In this document: one piece after another, positions 1-12,876 of the stretch
Numbering within the stretch: position 1 is the stretch's first letter
Layout of the letters: each line of letters opens with the position of its first letter
Assembly (NCBI RefSeq): GCF_009914755.1
Contig: NC_060936.1
Direction: 5' to 3' (one strand)
DNA length: 64,000 nt
From: the human T2T-CHM13v2.0 reference genome, Homo sapiens
Notes under the pieces: generated by a model
Database searches by the model: none
The model's input: only the letters and a program-made list of their open reading frames with translations
Told to the model about the DNA's origin: nothing
Translations under genes and position numbers: made by a program

Positions 1-1350
1 GAGCTTGTTCTTTGCTTTTCTTAAAGCAAATGAGCACTTTGTCTATTAATTTTCCAAATAAATGCTCTTGTAACAAATATAAGCTTTATGGGTCCAGAAT
101 GGGGTGCAAGCAACAAAACTGCACCCTCCCAGTGAGATCAAAGACCTCCCTCTGTTTACTGGACACAGGTTAGGGCCCCCATGCCTGGTTCTACTAACAC
201 AGGCCCAGCATCTGTGGCAGCACCTCGGGACATTGCTTACTACGCCAGGGCTCAGAATAAATTGGACATAAGGTCTCATGATAATTTCACTTCACCCAGG
301 CAGGACTCAGGTAGAACCTGCTCCATATGGTGACTTGTGTTAAGCAAATAAGATGCCTTATTTAGCACCAACAGGAGCCTCTGCATTTCTTCCTGGGTGC
401 ACTAGTAAAGAACACAGATGTCAGTCAACACTCTGTTAAGATACTGGGGGAAGAGAGAATGAGAATATAAATGCATAGAATGTCTTTAATTGTGCTATCC
501 AACCAGATTTTTCACAGAACTTTTGGCTCATGGTAAAATCTTGGGATTCTACCATTCTAGTCACTTTTGAGGAGTTCTTGCATTTGTTGTTACCACCATC
601 ATCATTATCAATCATTTAATGAACTAACCTGTAAGGTGTTATGGCAGGAACTGTGGAGGATCCCCAAAAAGAAATAGGAGACATAATCCTTGCCAGAGAT
701 CCCATCCTCACCTAGGAATGGCCATTGCTGAGTGGGGGCTGGGGAGGCTGCAGGAAGATGATAGTGAGAAGGGAGCTCTTTAGCTCCTTGAACTCAGATA
801 ATTTGGGATTTTGGGACATATCTCCAAGAATCCTATTTACGCAGAACACACATATCTCTTTGGAGACCTGGGTGGGGAAAAGGGGACTGTGGTACTGGTG
901 AGTCAGGGTTCTAAGCCCTTGAGTATTTCTAAGGCTGTTGAATGAACACCAAAGTGAAAGAAATATCTCTAGTGTGAGGCAGCATATCCCGTGTATGTAG
1001 GTGTGCCCATGGGTGGCACCCAGCAGGAAGCTACATTCTGGCATTTGCTATCTGGCATTTGAGTCTATACCTGATGGTTAGGGACTAGCCTACTGCAAAC
1101 AATGCTTTGATCATGAATCAGCCTCAAGTTGGCCTGGGGCCTTTTCCTTCATTCAGTTTTTCATAACATTTCCTACATCTCGCACAGAAAGATAAGACTT
1201 TCAGGTGCCTTTTACAGCAGGGAGCTGATGTGCTCAAGCACAAGAGTAGAACGTTTCCCAGCCGTTCACCCTTAGAACTAACTTTGAAATGACAAGTTCT
1301 TTCTTTTTTTTCATTTTTTCTATCTCAGCATTTATAATACTTCCTTGCAC

Positions 1351-1515
1351 TTCTGATTTTAATCTTTCTAATAGATTATACACTTCTTGAGGACAGGAAC
1401 TATACCTGTTTTCTCTGCTGTATATTCTGATTTTGACCTTCTTTCTAATAGATTATAAACTTCTTGAGGACAGGAACTGTACCTCTTTTCTCCACTGTAT
1501 AGACCCAGTGCCTAG
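1351..1515 (+). repeat. ~75-bp tandem duplication of an L2 3'-end fragment
   Basis: Copies 1351-1424 and 1425-1501 share TTCTGATTTT..TTTCTAATAGATTATA(C/A)ACTTCTTGAGGACAGGAACT..CTGTATA; resembles the L2 tail (TAGACTGTAAGCTCCTTGAGGGCAGG...CCCAGTGCCTAG). Confidence 0.8.
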
Positions 1516-1661
1516 TAGAGGGGAATCCTCTTCCTCCCATTCAGTATGAATTAGCATTTAGGAAGCCTTCCCAGAATATGTAAAGGAGGCACTTCAGCCC
1601 CATTCTCCCCGATTCTTCTCGACAAGTGAATATTTCTACATTAGGACATGCAATTAAATGT

Positions 1662-1740
1662 GCACATGTACCCTAAAACTTAAAGTATATTAATAATAAA
1701 ATTAAAAAAATCAATCAATAAATAAAAATAAATAGATAAA
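1662..1740 (+). mobile_element. Extremely 5'-truncated L1PA (~30 bp plus A-rich tail) with 10-bp TSD
   Basis: GCACATGTACCCTAAAACTTAAAGTATA is the L1PA terminus; AATTAAATGT at 1652-1661 and 1741-1750. Confidence 0.85.
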
Positions 1741-2877
1741 AATTAAATGTCAGCATGAATTGAGGAAACAAGGAATGCATTGATTCTTGATTCTAAAATT
1801 ATCATATGGCAATAGCATGGCTTTGCTTTCATAGTAAGCTTGATTAATATTAATCAGCTTCTCTCTCCAGAATGCATTTCAATTAATGGAAGGAGAAGAA
1901 ACTCTCAAGTGTATTGGATGAGGGACAAACTGGACTGTTAACGTTTCAACTGAAGAATTTACAAGTATGTGAAAATCTACACTATATATGCCTTGATAGA
2001 ATACATGTTTACTATTTTCAATATTTATTGGCTGTTTACAGTGTGCCAAATAGTTTCTTGACAGGATGTTCCCTGAATAAGCCTATAATTTACTTTAGGT
2101 GTTTGACTATGGATGTAATTTAATGTGACAGGACAGAAAAATGACTCCATTAATCAGATTGATGTATTTGTAAATTAAAATAAATAAATCAGGATTTATG
2201 CTCCTATAGTACATTTATTATAAATAAATATTAGGAGTCTACATGTAGACTACATTAAAATAATAAATATTTTAAAGAAAAGGTCATACAAAAAGTTCAC
2301 TTTCAAGTTATTTAGCTTACAGAGTTTGTCCTAAATCTTCCCATAACTAAAGAATATATTCAATATGTAGGTTGTGTTTTCTTTGGAATTTGTTGTGTTA
2401 AATGATTAGTAATTGAAACAGTACAGAACTTCCTTTGCTTTGAAGTATGTATATGTCTGGGCATATTTCTGCTGTCGTAGTTTAGAGTGATTTTTCCCCC
2501 CTTTGTTCTTACATGATTACTGCAGAATTTTTTTTTTTTAGTAAGAGAAGCTGGTTGCAAGTCCAGCAATAAAGTAGGCAAAGTAGAACTTTCAGTGAAA
2601 AACAAAATTCGCTTCTATGTGATTGACCAGAAGGAGGCTCCCTTCCACCTCAATGTGTAAAGTTAGAACAAAAGCTTCTAAACTTACATCTTCCCAGGCA
2701 GCTTTAGTTTTTCCCAAGCTGTATCTGTTGTTGGGGGTGGTAGGAGGGGGCACCCTGAAATTTTCCCTGGAGGAACAGAATTTAAAGATGCATCACTGGC
2801 AAGAAGGCTTCAGCAATTGCAAAGTACCCTACCTTCTACCAGCTCCTTCACATAATTTTCTCTCTTGGTTGAATAAC

Positions 2878-3210
2878 TATGGAAGTAGAATGATACTTAC
2901 TAGAGACTGGCAACAGTGTATGGGGGAGGGAGAAGGGATCAAGAAAGGTTGGTTAATGGGCACAAACATGCAGTTAGATAAAGTTCTAATTTTGGATAGA
3001 CTAGGGTAACTACAGTGAAGAATAATGTATTGTATATTTCAAAACAGCTAGCTGAGAGGACTTGAAATGTTCCCAACACATAGAAATGATAAATGCTTGA
3101 GGTGATGGACATTCTAAATACCCTGACTTGATCAATACATATTCTGTGCATTTAACAAAATATCACAGGTACCCTATAAATATGTGCAAATATTATATAT
3201 CAATTAAAAA
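2878..3210 (+). mobile_element. L1MA 3' UTR fragment
   Basis: Typical L1MA 3' end (GAAATGATAAATGCTTGAGGTGATGGA...TATATCAATTAAAAAA). Confidence 0.8.
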
Positions 3211-3954
3211 ATGAAATTCTCCTCACTAACTTTGAATATCACATTATTCCTTAACTTTGTTGCTACAGTATTGTTTTTTCAAACTTGTTCTTGAATCTCT
3301 AATACAATATTTTAAAAATTAATTTTTTGGAATGAATCAAAGCAGTTGGATTTTAAAAAACATATAGTTGCGGCTGCTACTTACCTATTTGTGTTAGTCT
3401 CTGTATCTATAAGAAACACTTCTCGTGTTTGTAACATAGGATAATCACAATTCACTCCAAATGCTCTAATTACATTGCATTTTCCAATGAAGAAGATACC
3501 AGGAGATTCTGAATGTTGAACAGTAAGTCCAAAATCTTTGGAGAGTAAAGAGGGATGTGAAGATGCACTCGTCACTGCAGGCACATTGTCCACCATAAGA
3601 TGTCACGAGATCATTTTCAATCAATTAATCTTCCTGTTGTTGTCCTTCATGGTCAAGAAAGGCAATTTGTGTGTTTATTGCAAAAACAGCATTGTTGCTC
3701 TTTTGAAAAGCCTTGCCCTTTAACAACAGAGCAGAGCTGGTTATGAAATAGCCAACTGTGACTAATTTTGGAGGAGTAACATCTCAAATAAATTGTCTTC
3801 TGGAGATGCTGATGGAGTCAGTGAACAGCAGAATGATGATGAGTTTATCTGTGCTAATTGTGCCTTTGAGGGTTTGTTCATACGCAGGGTACAGAGCAGA
3901 TTGGTGCTGTACTTTAAACCTCTGATTGGCATGAAGATTCTGGTTTTGGAGAAC

Positions 3955-4537
3955 TATGGAAGGAAGAATAATGTTCCCCAAGGATGTCTGTACCAAATCC
4001 CTGCAACTTATGAATATGTTACATTACATGGCAAAAAGAGCTTTGCAGAGGTAATTAAGGTGTGGTATTAAAATGGAGAGATTATCGGGGGGGACTCAAT
4101 TTAATCACATAATTTTTAAAAGCAGAGAATGTTCTCCAGATGGAGGAAGATGTAGTGGAAAGAAGGGTCAGAGAATTCAGAGAGTGACAAGTATTTGATG
4201 CACTCTTTCTGATTTTGAGATCTAAGGGGTCACATGTGAGGACTGGAGAGAAGCCTCCAGAGCTAATGATGGCCACTGATTGAGGGCCCGCAAGGAAACA
4301 GGGACCTCAGTCTTACATCCCCACAGAACTGAATTCAGCCAACAACATGAATTAGCTTGGATTAAATTTTCCCTCAGTACCCCCAGTAAAGAATGTAGCC
4401 CTGCCAACATCTTGATTTCAGCCTGCTAGTACTCATGTTAGATGGATACCCTACAGAAACTGTGATAATAAATTTGTGTTGTTTTAAGTCACTAAATTTG
4501 GGTATTTTGTTACAGTAGCAGTAGAAAACTAAAACAT
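3955..4537 (+). mobile_element. MaLR solo LTR (MLT1D/E-like)
   Basis: AATAATG..CCCCAAGGATGTC start; GTTGTTTTAAGTCACTAAATTTG...TACAGTAGCAGTAGAAAACTAA end. Confidence 0.75.
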
Positions 4538-4584
4538 GGGAAATGTTTTGAGGGAAATGATGCTTATATTGCATTATTACTTTG

Positions 4585-5550
4585 CTGTAGACTATTATGA
4601 TAAACCATGGCTTTGTGAATTCAGTTCAATGACTCTAGGCTTTAGCCATGCAGTATTAACAAATGGGATATTAACAATATTAACAAATGGGATAAAAACC
4701 AAGACTTTACAAATGTGTTAGTTTCCTATTTCTGTTTTAACAAATCACACAAACTTACTGGCTCAAAACAAAATAAAAGCATTAATTTATAGTTCTGTAG
4801 ATCAGAAGTGTCATTGGGCTAAAATCAAGGTGTCAGCAGGGCTGCATTCTTTCTGGAGGCTGTAGGGGAGAATTTCATTGTCTTGTTTAGCCTCTAGAGA
4901 ATGCCTGTATTCCTTGGCTTGTGGCCCTTTCTTCCACTTTCATTTTCAAAATCAGCAGCATAACGTGGACAAATGTCTTACTTCTACCTCCCTCTTATAA
5001 AATATTTTTTTGATTGCATTATTGGGTCCACCTGGATAATCCCAGACACTCTCCCCGCCTCGCCTTAACTTAATCACATTGCAAAGTGCCTTTTGCTATT
5101 TAAGGTAACATATTCATAAGTTTGGAAGTTTTAGAGCATAGATGTCTTTGGGGGGGCCTTTATTTTATTTTATTCTGCTTACCACAGTAAGTGTTTGCAT
5201 GTTGGGTTAATACTGTTGAAATACTCACTATTACAATGCTCTTTCTTGGAACCAAATTGCTGTGCTGTGAGAATTTAAGTAACAACGTACAATGGCCTCT
5301 ATAGAGTAGAAGAACCAAGACCTCTTGCCAACACATCCAACTGAGCTCCCTACCAGCAGCCAACAGTAGTGCCTACTATATAAGTGAGAGCACTGTAGAC
5401 CTTCCAGCTAGCTCATTGCCCCAGTCATCAGCACAGAAGCCGAAATGTCTAGTCAACACACAGAACCATGAGAGATAATACATGTTTGTTGTTATTTTAA
5501 GCTCCTGAATTTTGGGAGTAGTGTGTTATACAACAAAGAATACTTAAAAT
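4585..5550 (+). mobile_element. Older MaLR LTR (MLT1G/H-like) interrupted by another LTR
   Basis: MLT1-type halves on either side of 4713-5185. Confidence 0.55.
4713..5185 (-). mobile_element. MaLR LTR (MLT1C/D-like), nested
   Basis: TGTGTTAGTTTCCTA...CAAGGTGTCAGCAGGGCTG...TTCTGCTTACCACA. Confidence 0.75.
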
Positions 5551-6639
5551 AACACTGTAGCCTGTTTTGTAAGTGAGCTAACTATTAGAAATTAAAGAAT
5601 TCTGCTTAGAGTAATATAGGTTCTTCTATCACATATTCAGGATTAAATTGATGACATAGGTCAAAATATGTAAAGTCCTTAGCACAGGGAATGGGCACAT
5701 AGCAAGTTCGCTGAGATATTAGTTACTTTTTCCCAGACAATCTTTTTGCTGCAGAGATTACCACCTACCACTCCAATAAAAAGGAGATGATTCCTTTCTG
5801 TTAGGTATATATTTAATTTCATACGTAACACAATATAGTATATTGTCTAATAATTTTACTTGGTGGTCTGTGATTTAAAGTTATGAAGCCTTAACTGAAC
5901 AATACTTATTTGCTCCAAAAAATCATTTCTCTGAAAATATAACATCATAACTAAATTTTATAATATAAAGTAGAGCCTTGCATTTCATATTGTTTAATTA
6001 CTCTGTCACATAAGAATCTTAGAATTTTTCTTAGTTTGTTCAATTGCTGTAAATGACTTCTGAAAGTAATATAATTATAACTTGTAATGGTAAATGCATT
6101 CATAGAATTCATGGAGCAAGCTGAATATGTAACTGTTCATTTGGAACTGAGTTGATTACCATTTGAAAACAGTTAATGGAATAGCTGATTAGAATACATT
6201 GCAAAGAATCATGATTTAATTTTACATCACCTAGAAAAAATCTGATGCCATGCGTGTTAATGGCAGTTTTGAGGGACATAAGGATTGACATATTTTCCTG
6301 AGCTAAGCAATATACGCAATGCTGGCTCAGTGAAAAACATATTTCAAAGTACATGAAGTAAGTTATACAATATAACTTTATGTGATTAAATTCATGTGAG
6401 TATTAAAAATGTGAGTGAAGTTTATAAGTAAGGTTTAAGCTCATTTAAAGCAATGCACTGTGTGATTTGGGCAGAAATCTAGCTCAATGGTGGCTTTCAA
6501 GTATTCACGGAAGACTATTTGAATAGATTATGTTCACTTCGTTTTCAACCTGCTTTTCTCCTCCCCACCTTGGAATCTCTACATTGAAGTTACAGAGACT
6601 TTTTTTTTAAACCCACAAAACTGTTATGTCATTCCATGC

Positions 6640-7130
6640 TTAAAGTGGTTTTCCCCTTACCTCCATATAAAGTCCAAATTCTTCAACTCAGCATAAAGGC
6701 TCTGTCTGATCTGCCACTGATGATCCTGCAGACTTAATCTCTTGAGAGTTTCCTCAACTTCTGTGGTTTCAGTCATGGAGAAGTACTTGTAATTCCCTGA
6801 AACTCTTTCCTCTCTAGGTAATGTGGCCTGGCTATTTCCTACACACCTATAAAGCCTCATTTAAGTGTCACTTCATCTAGGAAGCTTTTCTTGACCCCTT
6901 TTCCCAAGTAGCAACTCTGTGTGCACCTACGGCACCTGAGTTTCACTCATTTGATGACACTGATCAAGCTATATCACAATAGCATGTTTGTCTTAATTGA
7001 GCATGTGCACCCTTAATTGAGCATACGCACCCTGCAAGAAGTACTGAATGGAGTCATAATTGAATTTAATGCCAAGTACCATACCAAGTATGTAGAGGAG
7101 CTCAATACAAATTTGTTAAATAAATAATGG
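6640..7130 (+). mobile_element. L2 fragment
   Basis: Degenerate L2 3' region ending CTCAATACAAATTTGTTAAATAAAT; contains a 20-bp tandem duplication at 6992-7031. Confidence 0.55.
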
Positions 7131-7489
7131 ATGCATTTGTTCAAAGTGAGCAGAATATAAAAGAACCTTTATCAGTGCAAAGCATTTAGTAGGCACTAGG
7201 TATATGTTCGTTTATTCATCCCTCATCATGGATCAATACCGCAGGATCCATCGTTAGTTGTATGCCATTTCCCACTGGTTTACCATGTGTTATTTACAAA
7301 GAAGTAAGCTGTTTAGTTGTATGGTAACATTCTATAGAGTGATTTTCTTGGACTAAGATAAGCTAGATTCCATGAAAATTGAAACTGTAGTTTCTGATCT
7401 CAAGGCTTTTGCATAGTCTTATGACTTAATGCTTTCCCTTTCAGGCTTGGCTGGCTCCTTATTCTTTTTTAAATTCTTTTGTTCTGTTC

Positions 7490-9625
7490 TTTTTTTATTC
7501 CTATAAATCTAAGGGGTACAAATGCAATTTTGTTCCATGGATATATTGCATAGTGGTAAAGTCTGGGCTTTTAGTGTAACATCAATAGCATAATTTAATG
7601 GTGAGATAGGGTCAATCACTCAAAAAGTATAAATTGTACCTATTAAGTAATTTCTCAGGTCTCACCTCCCTCCCACCCTTTTACTCTTCCAAATCTGCAG
7701 TGTCTATTTATTCCACACTTTCTGTCCATGTATACACACGACTTAGCTCTCACTTATAAGTAACTACATGTGGTATTTCATTTTCTGTTCCTGAGTTGTT
7801 TCACTTAAAATAATGGTCTATAGTTCCTTTCATCTTGCTGCAAAAGACATGATTTCATTTTTAAATGGCTGAATAGTATTTCATTATATATAATATATAT
7901 ATATCCATTATATATATTATATATATACACACACCCACATATATAAAATATATAATTTAAAAAATCCAATCATTCATTGATGGACACTTAGATTGATTAC
8001 ATATCTTTGCTATTGTGAATAGCGCTGTGACAAACATATGAATGCAGGTATCTTTATGATAGCATTATTTTTTTCTTTTCCTTTGAGTAGATACCAGTAG
8101 TGGGATTGCTGGATCAAATGATAGTTCTATTTTTGGGTATTTTGGTTATTTGAGAACGCTATATACCGTTTTTCATGGGGGCTGTACTAATTTACATTCA
8201 CACTAAAAGTGCATAAGCATCCTTTTTTTCTGTGCCCATTCACCAAGATCTGTTGTTTTTTGACTTTTAAATAATAGCCATTCTGGCTAGGGTAAGATGA
8301 TATCTCATTGTAGTTTTAATTTGTATTTCTCTGATGATTAATAATATTGAGCATTTTAAAAATATGCTTCTTGGCCATTTGTATATCTTCTTTTGAAAAA
8401 TGTCTATTCATGTCCTTTCTTCACTTTTTAATGGGGCTATTTGTTTTTTGTTGTTGTTGAGTTGTTGAATTCCTTGTAAATTCTGGATATCAGTCCCCTG
8501 TTGGATGTGTACTTTCCCATTCTGCAGGTAGTCTGTTCACTGTTGGTTATTTCTTTTGCTATGCAGAGCATTTTAGTTTAATAAAGTCCCATTTGTCTAT
8601 TTTTGTTTTTGTTGCTTTTGCTTTTGAGATTTTAGAATCTAGAATTCTTTGCCTAGACCAGTGTCCACAAGAGTTTCTCCTAGGGTTTCATAGTATTTTT
8701 TATAGCTTTAGGTCTTACTTTTAAGTCTTCAACCCATTTTGAGTTGATTTTTGTATATGGTGGGAGACAGGGGTCCCATTTCATTCTTCTGCATATGGCA
8801 ATCCAATTTTCCCAGCACCATTTATTGAAAAGGGTATCCTTTCCCCAGTGTATGTTTTTGTTGACTTTCTCAAATATCAGTGGACTTTAAATGTGTGACT
8901 TTGTTTCCGGGTTCTTTATTCTATGTGTCTATTTTATTCTAGTACCATTCTGTTTTGGTTACTATCCAGAGATGTCCAATCTTTTGTCTTCCCTGGACCA
9001 CATTGGAAGAATAAGAATTGTCTTGGGCCACACACAAAATACACTAATGATAATTGATGAGCTAACAAAAAATCACACAAAAAAACTCATAATGTTTTAA
9101 GAAAGTTTACAGATTTGCGTTGGGCTGCATTCAAAGCTATCCTGGGCTGCATGCAGCCTGTGGGCTATGGGTTGAACAAGCTTGTTATAGCCTTATAGTA
9201 TAATTTGAGGTCAAGTAATGTGACATCTCCAGCTTTGTTCTTTTTATGTAGGATTGCTTTGGCTATTGGGGCTCTTTTTTGGTTCCATATGAATTTAAGA
9301 ATTTTTTTTTCTAATTCTGTGAAAAATGATATTGGTATTTTCATAAGGATTGCATTGAATCTATAGATTGCTTTGGGTATTATGGTCGTTTTAATGATAT
9401 TGATCCTTCTGATCCATAAGCATGTGCCTCTGATGTTTTTCATTTGTTCGTGTCATCTACAATTTCTTTCATCAGTATTTTGTACGTTTCCTTGTAGAGC
9501 TCTTTCGCCTTCTTGGTTAAATAATCTTGATTTGGTTCTCAAGTTGATCATTCCTGGTGTGTAGGAATGGTACTGATTTTTGTAGGTTAATTTTGTGTCC
9601 TGAAATGATATGAATTCACTTACCA
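7490..9625 (-). mobile_element. 5'-truncated L1PB/L1MA1-type element, inserted in an L2
   Basis: L1PB-type 3' UTR; ORF 9165-9443 gives [25 protein letters not shown] (ORF2 homology); L2 sequence resumes on both sides. Confidence 0.85.
8967..9184 (+). mobile_element. MER30 (hAT-Charlie MITE) nested in the L1
   Basis: CAGAGATGTCCAATCTTTTGTCTTCCCTGGACCACATTGGAAGA...GGGTTGAACAAGCTTG. Confidence 0.85.
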
Positions 9626-12166
9626 AGGTCTCAGCTCCAGTGGTTTCTCTTAAGGATTTTCTTGACCACTTAACCCAAAGTCCTCCCTTCTGCAGTCTTC
9701 AATTGGTGATTTCAAGTAACTATCACATGGAGTAGTTTTAGTGTCTATTTATCACTATATAAAATGATCTTGCTTATGTATTTCTTTTACTCATTGACTA
9801 TAACTGTCTTCTTGAATGAAAGTCTATGAGAACAGGGCCTTGCCTGTTGCCCTAGTACTTTTAACACTCCCTGGTATGGGTTGGGTGAATACATGCGTAA
9901 AGTAACCTTATAAGACAGCTTCCTTAGTATTATTACATGGGCCAGTATTTCTCAGGATCATTTCAGTTCCTTAAACAAACAAAAATTCTCGTTAGACAAA
10001 TATTCAGATGCCCATGTGTGGTGATACACTTGATAAAATTTGCACATCCTATGTTGACTTTTCATCAAGTCAATAGAATAGATGGCTAATTCTATCATCG
10101 TAACTATTAGTGGCTTTCATTGGGATTGAGAGAAACTGGCCAAGTGATTTTGTATAACCTATTAATTTGGAAAGTACTGTGACAAAACAATGGAATTTTA
10201 ATTTTTTTAAGAAAAGAACATAAGAGTAATATAAACACAAAATAAATTTTGACAAAATTTGTTTCTCGGGGAAATGTTAGTTGACTTTTCTTTGATTTTT
10301 TTCTTGAGTGGGATTGTGTCCTAAACTCTGAAAGGAGGGCAGTATTTGGGGGAAAACATTTTGACTTTTTCTGTACCCTTCACTGAACTCCCTCTACATG
10401 AGGGAGAATGACATAATTTAATGGTGAGATAGGGTCAGGAAGTTATTCACCGGCTCATGATTTAACAATAGGTAGAGGTACCATGCACAGTCTCTCTCTG
10501 GCATTTCACAGGTGCTGTTATACAGTCCATGATGCTCCACACAGTTGGTTGAGTAAGAGATCTTTGCAGATTCAGATTTTCCCAAGATAGGCCCCAAGGT
10601 CTAGTACTGGGGAGCTTTACTACTGCTTGAATACAGCCAATACCAGAGAGTGCTAAATACATTGATAGTTTATTTTGATCCCCATCTGGTTTCCTTTGTC
10701 AATTTTTCAACTCATTGGAATTCATAGGGAAAAGAATAAGACAGTGGGCTTTCTAGAACCTCCAACACCACAATTCCCACTTCCTTCTACAAATGAGAAA
10801 ACTTCTTTGGTTTTGTAGGTGAAGAAAAATTTAGAGAATATGAGAAAATTCCATGTTATCATCATCAAAGAACAACATGAGAATAATGAGTTTTTTAAGT
10901 AAAGTAAAAATGTAGGATTTAGAAATGACTTTTATTCAGAACCTGAAGTTGTGGCAGTTAAATGATTCCTGTGGCTCTGTGGTATTCCTGCCATGTGAAT
11001 CTGGAGCCCAGCTCAGTAATACTCTTCATTTGGCTAGAATCAGCAAAGCATTAACAAGTAAACATTTCTGGTTGTCTATTATTAAGCAATATACTGTTTT
11101 CCTTTATTTTCACTAATTCTATACACTTCTGCAATGAAATGGTGAAGAGTGCTTGTGATAATTGCTGGGTTTCTATATTTGTCTTAGAAATTGATACTTC
11201 ATAAACACCAAAGTGCTATTTTATAGGTGCTATGTTTGCACATGTGTAGAAACTTAATAATTGTCACTACAATAATTTGATATTCTTTAAAGGGATATGG
11301 AAAGTAGAATAGAATTTTTTAAAATTTTCATTTTAATTTGACCCCACTCTAAGCTCCTAGGACTCTAACAATCTCATCTGACTGAAATTCAGATTTAAAC
11401 AATGGGCCAACATACTTTGATATCTAAGAATAAATATTAGAGCCTGTTCTAAGTTGACAATAAACTCTACTTGTGTATAAAGATGCTCAAGAAATGCCCT
11501 TTTATGCTTAAGTAATGACAGGGCATTTCCATTAAGAGATGATAAAGGAGCAGAAAGTGGCAAATACTGTCTTGTCTTAGGAAAAAAAGCTATGGATCTT
11601 CTAAATGTCAAGAATGGAATTTACCAAAATTGCCTAAAATTTTGGAAAGTAAAAAATTTTAATACAAACCACAGTCTTGATTATTTCAGCTTGTGGCATT
11701 TCTTAAATAACCTTTAACCGTTATCATCTTCTGACTATGATATGCAAGAGGACTGATAAATAATGATGCAGATTTTTGTTTTTTATTTTCCTAGGCTTAC
11801 AGAATCAGAAGTCAAACCTACCCATTTTGTGATCTAATCAATTTTCTTTGGTTTAACACCAAGACTAAGGCATCCCCTTCTTAGGCTCTTCCAGCTTATC
11901 TGAACTTAGAGTTTTAGTCATTCATGTAAAGCCTTTCATGCTGGTTTTTTATTTGAAAATGGGTCCCAGCTGCTCTGTCTTTCTTAATCCCTCCCAGAAA
12001 GGCATATGCGACAGCGTCTCCCCCTGGGAGACTGCAGCTCCAAAGCTTTTTCTCCTAGGTAGGGAAAGTGCAAAGCCAGACACTATTATCATGCTTACTT
12101 CCCCAGCTGGCTAATTAGATCAATATATGGTTTATATTTTGATGAATAGACAGGCATATAAGAATA

Positions 12167-12228
12167 GTGTGTGTGTGTGTGTGTGTATATATATGTGTGT
12201 ATAATATATAAAAATATATATAGAGAGA
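12167..12228. repeat. (TG)n/(TA)n microsatellite
   Basis: Direct reading. Confidence 0.9.
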
Positions 12229-12760
12229 TAATGGAAATTGTTATTTAATTAGCATTTTTAAAACTTCTATCAGGTTCTAGCATATAATAAGGATTCAATA
12301 AATATTCAATGAATACTTGAAAATGTGAAGAGATAAAAATATTACATAGCCAGTACAGGAAATTTTGTAAGTTTAAATACTTCCCCATATTTTGTCTTTA
12401 AAATAAGATTGAAAGCTAAGTATTTGACTTATATGTTTTAAATCCAATCAAAGAACTAAAGACTATGAACTCATTCTCTAGCTTCTTTTTATAATTATAT
12501 AACTTTAGTTTTGAACCTGCTCTCTAAGAACTTTTAAATTATTATCTCTTATCTGTATTTGATATTATTAAATCATTCACTTTTACATTTAGAAATTTTT
12601 AAACCAAATAATTCATAGGATAATTTGTATACCTTTTATATATAATATATAAAATTTTGTTCCTGAGTAAAGTTATAGACTCTATTCTTATATCCTATAT
12701 TATGCCAGTGATGTATAACAATATATACTTTATTTATACTCAGAGTAGATACTTACATTC

Positions 12761-12876
12761 TTTTTTCTTTTCACACGTCAAGGGTAATGTGCTGACATCA
12801 TAACAAGGTTGGAGGGAGGCCCATCTCACAAGAATGTGGAAACCCAATCATCATGCTTATGAACCACAAAAGGATC
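12761..12876 (-). pseudogene. U13 (SNORD13) C/D-box snoRNA retrocopy with A-tail and degenerate 15-bp TSD
   Basis: Reverse complement ATCCTTTTGTGGTTCATAAGCATGATGATTGGGT...GTGAGATGGGCCTCCCTCCAACCTTGTTATGATGTCAGCACATTACCC matches U13; box C TGATGA kept, box D decayed to TTGA. Confidence 0.9.

Noticed and set aside
3379-3950. Minus-strand ORF ending at a perfect AG|GTAAGT donor, and faintly RT-like peptides on the plus strand
   Set aside because: No recognisable protein, acceptor or partner exon; could be chance or a very old LINE relic
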